This document shows, piece after piece, positions 15,329 to 29,511 of a stretch of 64,000 nt of DNA; position 1 is the stretch's first letter; each line of letters starts with the position of its first letter. The stretch is from Octopus vulgaris (lineage: Eukaryota). The notes under the pieces are model-generated. The model worked only from the letters and a program-made list of their open reading frames with translations, had not been told where the DNA came from and made no database searches. The DNA is taken from positions 81,220,001 to 81,284,000 of the forward strand of contig OX597825.1 in assembly GCA_951406725.2 (NCBI GenBank). The letters are read 5' to 3'. The position numbers and the translations under genes are program-made.

Positions 15329-15688
15329 CAGTAGTTTTATTTTTATAGCGTGCTTTCACTTCACAACCGAGCACAGCTCTGTGTGCCTTAGGTATGAGCT
15401 GTGATTTGTTGTGATGCTCTGATGGTTATTGTATGGAAAGTGTTCTGCGTAGGATGTGTGCAGTGCCTAGTAGTGCAATTTTCTGTATGTTATATGTGTT
15501 TGTAAGTCCTGGTGTTTTTGTTATGTATTTGTCTGAATATTTTTTTATCATGCCTAATGCACCTACTATGATAGGAATTGTTTCTGTTTTTAGATTCCAC
15601 ATTCTGGTTACCTCTATTTCTAGGTCTTTGTATTTTGAAAGTTTCTCTATTTCTTTTAGAGACACGTTGTCATTTGCCGGTATTGATA

Positions 15689-15690
<2 letters not shown>
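15329..15690 (-). pseudogene. Shorter 5'-truncated copy of the same RLE LINE
   Basis: Near-identical to ~14503-14868 (VSIPANDNVSLKEIEKLSKY...RRTLSIQ* plus UTR). Flanked by (TAA)n at 15310-15328 and 15691-15764. Confidence 0.92.
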
Positions 15691-15764
<74 letters not shown>

Positions 15765-16400
15765 TTCACCGATGTAGAGCATGAGTTGCGAAAGATCAAA
15801 CAAAACAACTTTTTTGGTATTTCGTTACGTCCTTTAGGTTTTGAGTTCGATTCTCACCAGGGGGCGGCATGTCATACCTTTCATCCCTCTGGAAGGGAGT
15901 AAATAAATTAAACTCTCAAGTGCCGGGTTCGTTCTCCTCCGATGACTCCGGTTCTACTTCCACATCCTCACCCCACACCCAAACTCCTACCATAACGTGT
16001 GATCATGTGACTATGATGAAAATCATTATTAATATTCATTTAATCATAACCACCATTGTTCCTGCTGCTGTTAATGATGATGATGATGGTGGTGGTGGTG
16101 GTGGTGGTGGTGGTGGGGTGGGGGTGGCGTACAGGTCGTTATCAAGGAACGTCACGTTTTCTTTCTTGATAAATTTCCCGCCTAATCAGTAATTATTACA
16201 GTGGCCCATGATGTGACTGTGTTAGAACTTCACCTCTGGCCCGCCCGCCAGCCAACCAGCCAGCCATCCAGCCAGTACTCCACCAACCAACTTGCCAGCA
16301 AGCAAGCGTGGTTCTTGTAAAATGAAATATGAATGAATTAATATAAAATTTTCATTTCTCTCTCACCATTCTCTCTCTCTTTCTTTCTTTCCCTCCTTTT

Positions 16401-16437
<37 letters not shown>

Positions 16438-16596
16438 AATCTTTCTTCATACCACACACAATTTACACACGCACACACATCCACACCGACACACACACAC
16501 ACACAGAGGATGTGTATGTATGAATGAATGTACTTGTATGTATGTATGTATATATATATATATATATATGTGTGTGTGCGCGTGTGTGTGTGTATG

Positions 16597-16647
<51 letters not shown>

Positions 16648-16660
16648 GTATATAAATTGA

Positions 16661-16703
<43 letters not shown>

Positions 16704-16832
16704 GTATGTATATAGATGGAGAGATACATATACATATATCCTTGATACAGGTGTGTGTGTGTTTGTGCGAATATTATCGTGTGTGTGTGTGTGTACACGC
16801 TTATATGTGTGAAGACCGTTCATTATTCATCT

Positions 16833-16867
<35 letters not shown>

Positions 16868-17323
16868 GCCTCCTCTTTTTTCTCTCTTCCATCACATCCA
16901 ATATCCTTCCCCACTCCCATTCCTCCCTCTCCCCCACCTTCCACCATCCCCCCATCCGCCCCCTGCCACATCATTATCTTCCTTAATCTATTAACTAGAA
17001 ACACTGGAATCAATTGAATACGCCGGTCACGTCTTGCTGTGGAGTAAAAGAATTTAACAAATTAAGAGGGAATCGGTGAGAGAGAAAAAGAGAGAGAGAG
17101 AGGGAGAGGCAGATAAGAGAGAGGGAGAAATAGTCTTTCTCTCCAGACTCTCTCTCTCTCTCTCTCAACACTTTTGACTGACTCACATTTGGTCATCAAA
17201 TTTCCTCGGTTGTCTCCCCCTCATTCGCTTTCACCGCCCTCACCGTCACCCTCCCCCTTTCACGTCTTTCGGATACGTACCTACCAGCATGTATGCACAC
17301 ATACGTACGTACTTATGTCGATA

Positions 17324-17360
<37 letters not shown>

Positions 17361-17660
17361 ACACATACACACACATATGCGCGCGTGTGTGTGTGTATGT
17401 GTGTGTATGTATATATATATATAATTACATAGATACAAACGTAACTATATGCACAAAAGCACACACACAGACATATAATTATACATACAGACACACATAA
17501 TACATGTATATGTCTGTGAGTGTGTGTGTAAATACATATTCATATATATATATATCGCATATATACATGTGTGCGTATACATACATGCACACACACATAC
17601 ACACACACATACACACGCAGATATATATGTATATATATATGAGTATATATATATATATAT

Positions 17661-17707
<47 letters not shown>

Positions 17708-17797
17708 CATGCATACACAAATACGCATACATACATCGAAGTGTATTATGTCGAGTGTTGGCTATTCCATGTATGTGTGCATACGTATATACAATCA

Positions 17798-17849
<52 letters not shown>

Positions 17850-18292
17850 CATACACAGGTATTTGCTTGCATTTTTTGTTGGTTATCTCCCATTAATAAA
17901 TCTATTTACTCTCTTTTCTCTCTTTCTCTTTCCTGCTGTTTCTCTATCTCTCACTACCTCTCCTTCCCTGCTTTCACCTCCCTAGAGCTCCTTCATATTT
18001 CTTTCTCTCCTTACTTTCCCTTATTCCCTTCCCCTTCCACTCTCTCTCTCTCTCCCTCCCTCTGTCTCATTCTCATTAAGTCACTCAACTAATACCCCTC
18101 TCATTATTCTTCTTTCGCCTTACATTTCTTATCTCTCACCATCCCTCTCTATTCTGTCTGCCTGTCTGTCTGCCACACACTCTCTCTATTTAGCCTCTGT
18201 TCTCTTCGTCCTTATACTCGTAGACTTCTGTAGAATTCCTTATATGTGTGTGTATGTGTATACATATATGTGTGTGTATGTATATACATATA

Positions 18293-18335
<43 letters not shown>

Positions 18336-18386
18336 GCATATATATATATATGTATGTATATGTGTATATATATGTATATGTATATA

Positions 18387-18443
<57 letters not shown>

Positions 18444-18611
18444 CTGTGTCTGTGTGTGTACGTATGTGAGTATCCATGTATGTATGTAACAAATGAGAGA
18501 AACAGAAAATCGAATTCACATGGATATATGAATATATATATATGTGTGTGTACATTTATAAGTATACATATATATGTATATACATGCATATATGTGTGTG
18601 TATATATATAA

Positions 18612-18669
<58 letters not shown>

Positions 18670-19696
18670 TTGTATACACATACATGCACACACACACACA
18701 TATATATATATACATGCGTACAATCATCCATAAATACGTATATTTATACGCACCCAGAGAGAAACAAATATTATATTAATGCAATTACATGAGTGTATGT
18801 CTATGTACACACAAACACGTGCGTATATGCATATATATATATATATATATATATCTTCATGCACATTTACATACGTATATATACACACATGGATGACAAT
18901 ATTGCTCCGTGAGTGTGTGTGTATATGTGTATATATACATATATATATATATATATGTAAGTATGTATGTATATACGTTTGCATGTGTGCGTGTAGGTGC
19001 GTTCGATCCCGCACCCTGCCCATTCACCTTATTCAATTGTCTTTGTTTATGTAACATTTTGTCTCATTATTCATTCCTTGTCTTGCCTTCTAGCTTTCTC
19101 ACTTTAACGCCTCCCCCCTCTCTCCCTCCCCTCTCTCTGTCTCCCCCCTCTCTCGCCCCCTTTCTCTACCCCTGTTTCTATATCTCTCTACTTCACTTCC
19201 ATGTTTTATCGCCTTTCTAATTAAAACTCTTTCTCCCTCTATCTCTCTCTCTCTCTGTCTCTCTTTCCTATCTCCTCACTTTCTCTCCTAACACTCTTCT
19301 TTCTCATTTATCTTCAGTCCTTCAATTTTGCTTTCTCACCAATTTCTACTTAAACCTTTCACACTCTCTGCCTCTCCTCAAATTCCTCATTCTTGCACAA
19401 TATATTTCCGCCTTTTGTTTCCTTCTTCTAGTTTTCCAATTCTTGTTGTTGTTGTTGTTCTTCTTCTTGTTCTTCATCATCTCCTCCTTCGCCTCCTTCT
19501 GTTTCTTCTTGTCCTCCTCCCTCCTCTGTATACCACTCCTCCTCTTTCTTCTTACACCTCTTTCTAACGCATTACCGCTCCTTCTCTCTTCCCTGACACT
19601 TGTAGCTCCATATCTCCTGCCTCTCTCTATTTTCTGATTGCATGTCTTTCTTCCTTTATTTGACTTTATATCTTCTCTCTCTCTCTCTTCGTCTCA

Positions 19697-19749
<53 letters not shown>

Positions 19750-19813
19750 CACATACATTCATTTATGCATGTGTGTATTTAAGAATGTATTGCTGTACTT
19801 ACTCCCCGACGAG

Positions 19814-20150
19814 TGAAGGTGCATGGCTCAATGGTTAGAGCGTCGAACTTATAACTGGCAGACTGGGAGTTCGAATCCCGGCCCGGACTTCGGATTGTGT
19901 TCTTGAGCAAGACACTTTATTTCAAGTTTGTTTAGTTCAAGCAGCTGTAGAAATGAGTTGCAACATCACTGGTGCCAAGCTGTATCGGCCCCTTTGCCTT
20001 TCCCTTGGATGGCATCGGCGGCGTGGTGAGCAGAGGCTGGTATGTATGGGCGACTGCTGGTCTTCCATAATCAACATTGCTCAGACTTGTGTCTCGGAGG
20101 GTTAATTTCTTGATGCAATCCCATGGTCATTCGTGACCGAAGAGGGGTCT
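19814..20150 (+). mobile_element. SINE family C, tRNA-derived head
   Basis: A box TGGCTCAATGG and B box GTTCGAATCC, then GTGTTCTTGAGCAAGACACTTTA (CORE-like). Related heads at 21790-21995, 32265-32382 and 47518-47640. Confidence 0.75.
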
Positions 20151-21529
20151 CCGACCCCGTGACGAAGGTTTACCGTTAGTATGCAGATATTATTACACAA
20201 TGATCTTCAGCATACTTTTGTTGGGTCGTAGCTATTGAAGCAAAAGTCAAGACCACACCATCTTACTTCATGTGAAACCTGCACTTTATTATCCTCAAAA
20301 GTGATAACAATTCTACCATGCCTTTACTACATGTCGATATTAGCTCTGTTTTTCTTCCCATAATGACAGACGGGTTGTGTAAGATACAATATTTCTCAGA
20401 AAAACATATACAGCATCGTTTTGACAAGTACTTCATAATGTTACTGTCCTTGATGGATCATAAAATTTTGATTCACAAATGTCTGTGAATCATGGTATGA
20501 AATATTAGCTCTGTCTTTTTAGGGTAGAAAAGAAACGATGGCGACACACATCAACTGACTTCGGAAATGTGTATCTACCCAAAAACTACGCCAAGATTTC
20601 GATAGTAAGAATTCCTGGTTATTAGTGTAAACCGTATATATATATATATGTATATACATGAGGATCCTCGGTTCACCAGGCTGAAGTTTCGGCATGAAAG
20701 TTCCCCTTTCATAGTGGCCATCACAAATAATATTACCGACAATCCCTACAACAACATCCACCACTACAAACCAGAACCTTACTAACACACTATAAACATT
20801 GTAATATATAAACTGGCAGCGCACATTGTTCCGGGATAGTCCGATGTCTGACAAGATGCAGCTAGTTTATGTTTATTGAGCAGCCTCTCATCGTTGAAGT
20901 TAAAAACAAACCAACAGAAAGTTTGGCATTATGAGCATAATAGCTTCACTAAAATGAAGATTTCGTTAATTAATCTGATTCTATGATGCAATGTACAGTG
21001 TGAACGTGGGATTGGCTGGAACTGGATCTGCGAGACTTATTATTTGCGATCCATCGGTTGTTGTTACTAATTTTAAACTCGGTCTTCTTCTACACTCCTA
21101 TTTTTCACCTCTCCCTCTCTTTTTCTCTCTTTCTCTTCTTATGTCTTTCTCTTTTCCTCTTTCTCTCTGTGCATATATACATATTACACATACATATACT
21201 TACACACATATATACACCGATAAATACATACATATGTACATACACAAGCATATACATGCACACGTACATACACACGAACACACACACAAACATACACACA
21301 CATGTTCCCAACACACTCACACATATGCACACACATACAAGCATACACACACGCTCACACACTCACACACACCTGCACGTAAACACACATAAACACACAC
21401 AATCACCTACACGGACATACATACACAAGCACACAAACACACACACACTCACACTAAAACACACACACATACAAACATACGCAAATGGACAAACAGACAG
21501 ACACACGTTTAACACATTTCTAATTATCC

Positions 21530-21658
21530 ATTAGTAGTTGTAGTGGTGATGGTGGTGGTACTAGTAGTAGTAGTTGTAGTAGTGGTGGTGGTGGTAGTAG
21601 TAGTAGCAGCAGCAGCAGCAGTAATAGTAGTAGTAGTAGCAGTAGTAGTAGTGGCAGC

Positions 21659-21754
<96 letters not shown>
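21530..21754. repeat. (TAG)n-rich triplet repeat
   Basis: Direct reading. Confidence 0.95.
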
Positions 21755-21755
<1 letters not shown>

Positions 21756-21789
21756 AGTCTTCTGCTTGACATCCTAGGACTCCTAGGGC

Positions 21790-21995
21790 GAGTTTCCATG
21801 GCATACAAGCAACCCAAATCGCAACATTACCCTATGAACGGGATGCTAGTTCGTCTCAAGGTTACTCATCTACATCTGATGAGATTGGAGAAACGCGAAA
21901 TGAAGTGTTTTGCTCAAGAACACAACGCACTGCCCGACCTGAGAATCGAAACCACGACCTTTCCGATCGTGTCTGCAACAGCCTAACCACATGGC
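21790..21995 (-). mobile_element. SINE family C-related copy, decayed
   Basis: Plus strand AAGTGTTTTGCTCAAGAACACAAC...GAGAATCGAAACC...CCTAACCAC is the reverse of the head plus CORE-like block. Confidence 0.6.
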
Positions 21996-22428
21996 TTCGT
22001 TATCCCTAAGTGCTGCATTTAGTCTCCCCGCACACACACTTCCAGCATTTCTAACGAATGCTCTTCTGTAGGAATATTCAAAATTTAAAATCTAAAAATT
22101 CTAATTTTCGATCTCTTTTAATTAAATTTTTATTTTTTCGCAGACATTTTTTCTCTCACTAGTCTTTATCATCGCTCAACTAACCACAGCTTAAAACGGC
22201 TTTGATCATTGGTCTACACGACCGGGGCCGACCTGCAGCTAGCTAAACATTCTCAACAAGGTGGGAAGGAAATCCACCTGAGAATTCTCTTGTCCTGATG
22301 GAGAATCATTTAAATAGCGCCATCTTTTGCTTCAAATCCGTACAGTTGTTTTCTCGTTCTTTACGCCATGTTTGACAGATCTAATTATTATTATTATCAT
22401 TATTATTATTATCATTATTATTATTATG

Positions 22429-22497
<69 letters not shown>

Positions 22498-22744
22498 GTT
22501 GTCACTTTGCACATCATACCTAATGAAGAAGGAAGACTCACTATCGAATTCCATTCTGCCTATCGATACACTCAGTCCCCAAATATATCTTACTGTCACC
22601 GTAGTCTTCGAATATCGATTTATTGATTTTTACATCAGTGCAACAAATTTCATAAACCCTTTTTCATTATTAACTTGTTAACAAAAAAAGGAAAGAAAAC
22701 CGGAAAATAAATTCTTCTTGTTTTCTTTTTCTTCCTCTTTCATC

Positions 22745-22775
<31 letters not shown>

Positions 22776-22935
22776 CTTCTTCTTCTTCTTCTTCTTCTTC
22801 TTCTTCTTCTTCTTCTTCTTCATTCTTCCCTTCACCAATAATATTTCAACTGTTCTTGTTGTTGCTGCCATCGTCGTCGTTGTCGTGATCATCATCATTA
22901 TCATCATCATTATCATTATTACAATTGTTGTTGTT

Positions 22936-23415
22936 GAAGCAACGAGCTGGCGGGGTCGTCAGCACGCCGGATAAAACGTTTAGCGGCTTTTCGTTCGTCC
23001 TTTCGTTCTGAGATCAAATTCTGCCGAGGTCGACTTCGCCTTTCATCCTTTCGGGAGGGGGCCAGTCGATTAGATCGACTCCAGTACGCAACTGGTAATT
23101 AATTTATCGACCCCGAAAGGATGAAAGGCAAAGTCGACCTCGGAGGAATTTGAACACAGAATGTAAAGACAGGCTAATTACCTATTTCTTTACTACCCAC
23201 AAGGGGCTCAACACAGAGAGGACACACAAGGACAGACAAACGGATTAAGTCGATTATATCGACCCCAGTGCGTAACTGGTACTTAATTAATCGACCCTAA
23301 AAGGATGAAAGGCAAAGTCGACCTCGGCGGAATTTGAACTCAGAACGTAACGGCAGACGAAATACCGATAAGCATCTCGCCTGGCGTGCTAACGTTTCTA
23401 CCAGTTCGCCACCTT
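22936..23415. mobile_element. Two SINE A copies in inverted, tail-to-tail arrangement (+ 22936-23056; - ~23060-23415)
   Basis: GAGGTCGACTTCGCCTTTCATCCTTTCGG on plus, followed by its reverse complement twice. Confidence 0.8.
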
Positions 23416-23624
23416 TTTGTTGTTGTTGATATTGTTGTTGCTATTATTACTAAATAATTGCTGTTCTTACTGTCGTTGTATTGGTGGATTTCTGCGTTTG
23501 AGTCGCGGAGATTTTAGCTATGATGGTAGCGGGGCTTTTGATAGTAGCCACAATAATCCTCGTATAAGTAATGGTAGTAGTGGTGGTGATCGGGGCAATG
23601 ATGGCTGTAGTAGTAGTAGAAGTA

Positions 23625-23655
<31 letters not shown>

Positions 23656-23815
23656 AGGTGGTGGTGGTGGTGGTTGTGGTGGTAGTGGCAGTGGATGCAG
23701 ATGAAGTCGTAGTGGTGGTGATTGTGATCGTGGTTTGTTTGGTGTTTTAATTTGAGGTTGCAGTAGTAGTTGTGGTTAAGGTGGTGGTCAAACTCGTGGT
23801 GATGTTAGTGGTGGC

Positions 23816-23847
<32 letters not shown>

Positions 23848-24126
23848 GATCGTGCTGTTATGTTCATGTTTGTCGCACTTGTGGTCATGGTTGTGAATGT
23901 TGCTGTTGTTGTTGTTGTGTTAGTGTTGGTGGTGGTGGTGGTGGTGGTGCCGGAGCTGGGAGTGGCGGTTTTGATGAGCTTATTACGTTTATTATTTATC
24001 ATTGTTTTTCCTTTTTTTGTTTGTTTGTTATTTTTACTGCTGCGAACTGTTAGTTTAGCTTTCATTAAAATTCATCAAAGATGGCGTGGAAATATTCGCT
24101 CGAATCGATAAAATTGGCATTTTCAA

Positions 24127-24188
<62 letters not shown>

Positions 24189-24594
24189 TGATGATGATGA
24201 TAATGATAATGGTTTCTTTATTAACCGCTAAGGGTTGTATAAAAATAATAATAATGCATGAAATAATTGTAAAGAAAATCCTATAATATTTTTTTAATGA
24301 TTTCATCGTCGGTACAGTCTTCCGCCAACTCCCTTTCTTCATTACCTCTTCCCCACCCTTCGTATCCTTCTCCTTTTGTTGCTGTTGTGCTGTTGTTGCT
24401 GTTGTTGTTGTTGCTGTTGTTGTTGTTGTTCTTGTTCTTCTCCGCCTCCCTTCCTTTTTCCTCACCATTCCTCCTCCTCCTCCTCCTCGTCCTCGTCGTC
24501 GTCGTTGTTTATTAGCGTCACGTTATGTCCTCTTCGTCTGCCCTCATTGTAAGTATCATTATCCTCATCCTCGACGTCGTTCGAACGAAACTCA

Positions 24595-24727
24595 TGACGA
24601 TGATGGTGATGATGGTGATGGTGATGAGGATGATGATGATGATGGTGATGATGATGATGATACTGATGATGATGACGATGACTACGACGGTGACTTCAAC
24701 TATTGATGATGGTGACGATAGTGATGA

Positions 24728-24758
<31 letters not shown>

Positions 24759-24893
24759 GATCATGATGATGACTCTGATGATGAATATGATGAATATGAT
24801 GATCATGATGACGATGAATATGATGGTGATGATGATCATGAGGATGATGATGATGATGATGATGACGATGATGATGATGATGATGATGATGAC

Positions 24894-24928
<35 letters not shown>

Positions 24929-24947
24929 CGATGATGATGATGATGAC
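24595..24947. repeat. (GAT)n degenerate triplet repeat
   Basis: Direct reading. Confidence 0.9.
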
Positions 24948-25239
24948 TATCACCGTGATCGCGGCCGATGATAATCGTCAATAGAATATTACGAGCAAAC
25001 AAAAAAATAAAATCATAAAAATATTTACAGAAAGACGAATTAACTCATAATTTCTATCAATTTCCAATTTCCAAGCGCCATCTTATTCGCCGCCATTAAC
25101 AAAGTGGGCTAGTTTAATAGGAACTAAATTAGCCGGGGCGGGATTTTACAGAGGGGGAGGGGAGGTAATTTAATGAACATACTCTTCGAAATAAGGAATC
25201 TGTCTCTCTGTTTGTCAGTCTGTCTGTCAGTCTTTCTAT

Positions 25240-25627
25240 CAGGGCTGGATTAAGGTCCATTGAGGCCCTAAGCACTTAAATGCTTTTGGTGGACCCATAT
25301 ATATGTAACTCAAAATGCAAACAATAATTAACCATAAAAGGAATTTTTATTTTTCTAAGATGGAACATAATGGTTATTTTGGTACCCTTCCATTGAAAAG
25401 TTTTCTCCGACTGTTTTTAGTAGCAAAGTCTATCATCAGATCTTCCTTGTGACATCATGAACACTTCGAAAGTATATTCCAGATCATATAAACTACTTCG
25501 AATATTATTTTAGCAAGTTTAAATTAATTTCTTTTCTGCCGTAAACTATTCACTACTTCTGTGGTGCCCCGCTTCACTTGATGTCATAAGAACGTGTTTG
25601 TTTTGCTTAAGATTTAATCCCGCGCTG
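25240..25627. mobile_element. hAT-type MITE
   Basis: Imperfect terminal inverted repeats CAGGGCTGGATTAA ... TTAATCCCGCGCTG. The 8-bp flanks CTTTCTAT / TTCTCTAT match at 6 of 8 positions. Confidence 0.6.
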
Positions 25628-25672
25628 TTCTCTATCTATCTAAATCTATATCTATGTTTATCTATCTATCTG

Positions 25673-25765
<93 letters not shown>

Positions 25766-25941
25766 AGATAGATAGACAGATAAATAAAGATAGCTAGATA
25801 GATAAGTAAGCAGATATGTGTGTGTGTGTATATATATATACATACTTGCATGTGCAAGTGCGCGCTTGTATGTCCACTTGTGTCTATATCGAAACATGTG
25901 TCCGTGTGTATGTGTGTGTTTGTGAGAGCGTATGTATATAT

Positions 25942-25980
<39 letters not shown>

Positions 25981-26233
25981 GAAATTAAATTTTACGACCA
26001 AACAACGAGAGGGATAAGGAGTTGGGAGGTGAGTTCCGAGTTCCAGCTCGCTCAGCGTCGTTAGGTTAGCCTGAAATATCTGCTAACCTTTTTTGGTGGA
26101 AGGTTTTAAGTGTTCTTTCAATCTAATGCTACATTCTCTACGCACACACACACACACTTAATACCAGTGAAATACTATGATCGATTATTGTCACTTTATT
26201 CGACAATACTTCTCTGCCTCTACACATCGTTAA

Positions 26234-26628
26234 TCTCTCTCTATATAAAGCTGAAGTTGTCTGTGTATGGCAGGTTTGGTAGCCTTCAACTAACACTATC
26301 TCCTCCGAGACCCTGCAGCGCAAGTTGACCAAAATTGAGATTATGATAGAAGAAGGCTTGCTCTTCCTTCCGTAGAAGAAAAAATTCAAATCGGACCATG
26401 TTAAGGCCAAAAATTATTTACATCAAAACGGTACTTTTTTTTTCTATGAAAATCCCTATTTTTTCCAATTTTCTTTACTGCTGTGTCGCCATTTTTAGGT
26501 GTATTTCAACCAGAAAAATGTTCACTTAAAGAGAATAACAAGCTACATAAGGCAAAATTTTTACTTTTCAAAAATTCCAATTGTAAAGGGTCGAAACAAA
26601 CCCGAGCGACGCCGGGCGATACTGCTAG
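26234..26628 (+). mobile_element. Non-autonomous Helitron, copy 1
   Basis: Inserted between A and T with 5' TC and 3' CTAG, GC hairpin CCCGAGCGACGCCGGG at 26601-26616, and no TSD. Three copies in the window. Confidence 0.88.
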
Positions 26629-26829
26629 TTTAGTGATACATACACACAACTTTTTTCAGATCAAAGCCAAGATATATACAGACGGTGATAGGTAGACACA
26701 GAGAGAAAGAGAAGGATTAGTTTCAGCCAGAAAGACATGCCTGTGAGTTTGTCTGCTTCTATCGCACTCAAGTTCTCTTCCTCGTTCGCTTTCTCTTCCC
26801 CTCTTTCATTTTAAACATGTTGCTATCTG

Positions 26830-26880
<51 letters not shown>

Positions 26881-27024
26881 TTTCTATAGATTTTCAATTA
26901 ATTATAATGGTAATTAAATGTCTTTTTTTAAAAAAAAATTACATTTTTCGGAAACTCTACGTCCATTAAGTGAGCCACATGATATGTGATGATAAAACAA
27001 AAGAGAAAACAGACAAGCAACAAC

Positions 27025-27105
<81 letters not shown>

Positions 27106-27359
27106 TGAGTGTTTATTTGTTATGCCGTTTTCAAAATATAAAAGATATTGGTGTCAGCACAAGTTTGCAGACCAACATTTTGACAAAACAAATTCAAAAA
27201 CGGATCATCGACACAGTTCTGGGTTGACATTTCATGTGCTGTTTCTTCCTTTTTAAAATGGATTTTCGGTTTCTTTTGCTTTTGAACATCAGAGATTCAG
27301 TGGCTGTGCTTGTTACTGCTCTTATTGATGGTGATGATGATGATAATGATGATGATGAT

Positions 27360-27596
<237 letters not shown>

Positions 27597-27598
<2 letters not shown>

Positions 27599-28104
27599 AT
27601 GCCCTGATGCAGTACCAGGCAGTGGCTCTCGTGGCTTCTGATCTTAACTGATTGGAAATGTGATCATGTACATTGTTTTGTCTTGGTATAAAAGATGGGC
27701 TACAGCAATATTCTGCTCAATACCACAGATTTGCTTGTCAGTTGGTTGACTTTAACCAGTTGAGCATGTCCTTTAATGGCTGATGATATGTGCATCTCTG
27801 ATCACGAGCAGAAACAGTGGGGGAGCATCATAGCCATGTGTTGAGAGGGATTCATTGGGGTTTGAATAATTCACCTCTGGAAACATGGGTGTTTCGTTCA
27901 ACATCCTTAAACAACCCTTGTTCAGGGACCTTTTGAACGGGATTGGCTACTCGACCAGACAAAAATTGTAACTGGGCCCCACCTGCAAGGTCATGTGCTG
28001 TTTATCTTGATATGAGATTACCATGTCGCGCAAACATGGTTGTGATGCATGTGCCTGATGTACCCTTATCAGACGGGTAGTCATGATGGGTATACTGGGC
28101 TTCA
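27597..28104 (+). repeat. Unclassified dispersed repeat (family E) abutting (TAA)n
   Basis: Reverse complement matches 61880-62314 over ~390 bp. Confidence 0.8.
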
Positions 28105-28113
28105 TTCTTTATA

Positions 28114-28147
<34 letters not shown>

Positions 28148-28151
28148 CATA

Positions 28152-28558
28152 GGCGTAGAAGTGGCTGTGTGGTAAGTAGCTTGCTTATCAACCACATGGT
28201 TCCTGGTTCAGTCCCACTGCTTGGCACCTTGGGCAAGTGTCTTCTACTATATCCTCGGGCCGAGCAAAGCATTGTGAGTAGATTTGATAGACGGAAACTG
28301 AAAGAAGCTCGTCGTATATATGTCTTTATATATTTGTATGTAAGTGTGTGTGTCTGTGTGTCTGCGTTTGTCCTCCCAACATCGCTTGATAACCGATGCT
28401 GGTGTGTTTACGTCCCCGTCACTTAGCGGTTCGGCTAAAGAGGCCGATAGAATAAGTACTGGGCTTACAAAGAATAAGTCCTGGGGTCGATTTGCTCAAC
28501 TAAAGCCGGTGCTCCAGCATGGCCACAGTCAAATGACTGAAACAAACAAGTAAAAGAG
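28152..28558 (+). mobile_element. SINE family B, full length
   Basis: Same architecture as 12764-13203; flanked by TA on both sides. Confidence 0.85.
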
Positions 28559-28633
28559 TACATGTGTATCAACACGAGTGTCCATGTGTGTGAATGCATG
28601 TTTCTGTGTTTGTATAAATCTGTGAACGTGAGC

Positions 28634-28674
<41 letters not shown>

Positions 28675-28961
28675 TAAATGAAATAAAACATATGCATATA
28701 TATAAACATATATGTACGTACCTACCTCTACATGTATATATACACGCATATATGAGTACAGGACACCAAAAAGACGTCGAACACAATGAGAAACGAAAAC
28801 ATAGACACAAACCAAAGGAACTGGACATTTTTTAAAAACAGCAAAAAAAAAAAAATAGAGTACAGGACAATTAACACAAAGGACAAACCCCTTCTTCAGT
28901 CGCTAAAGTTTTCACCTACTCTACGTTTCGATATATATATATGTCCCAGTTTGTATTTTTC

Positions 28962-28992
<31 letters not shown>

Positions 28993-29024
28993 ATCAAATT
29001 AAGCAACAAGAATATCTTCGGTAA

Positions 29025-29112
29025 TTTGGTACGATCGTTTCACGCTACATCATTTTATTAAACATTATAAGTATTACAACAATTTTTAATATGTTGAGCA
29101 ATCATCAGTAAC
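29025..29112 (-). ncRNA. Hammerhead-like motif with long stem II; stem I decayed
   Basis: Minus strand: CTGATGA-TTGCT...long AT-rich hairpin...AGCGT-GAAA-CGATCG-TA. Confidence 0.55.
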
Positions 29113-29440
29113 ACCGTACTAAATTCTGGTTCATCTGACTTAAGAACCATATTCATTCATTTGAATCAAAATTTTGCTGAACTTATATATATATATATAT
29201 ATAAATTAATAATAAAATATTAGGGAATAAATCCAAACTTACAGGGAAAAATCAGATTTAGGATTAAATCCAATTTTATAGTATAAATATATTATATTAT
29301 ATTATATTAAATTAGAGATAAAACCACTATTAAGCAAATCAAACTATGAAAAACATAAGCCAATACATAAAATTAATTCATTTATATTATTTTAAATATA
29401 TATCAAAGGTATTAAAAGTTTAATAAAAGATAAAGAGTAA

Positions 29441-29511
29441 AACACTACGATCGTTTCATGGCTGTACAATTCGTAATAATTCGAGTTATGGTTACAGTCA
29501 ATCTTCAGGTT
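29441..29511 (-). ncRNA. Hammerhead-like motif, type I
   Basis: Minus strand: CTGAAGA-TTGACTGTA...TACAGCCAT-GAAA-CGATCG-TA. Palindromic stem III; stem I is only 2 bp. Confidence 0.6.

Noticed and set aside
19814-19890. tRNA gene
   Set aside because: A and B boxes are present but it continues into a SINE body and I could not fold a full cloverleaf. The same applies to ~55000-55075.
20180-20960. Possible decayed hAT transposase or exon
   Set aside because: Only vague peptide resemblance with many stops; cannot be supported without a search.
24525-25002. Asp-rich, His-rich and Met-rich ORFs
   Set aside because: Frames of a (GAT)n tract; no splice or coding context.
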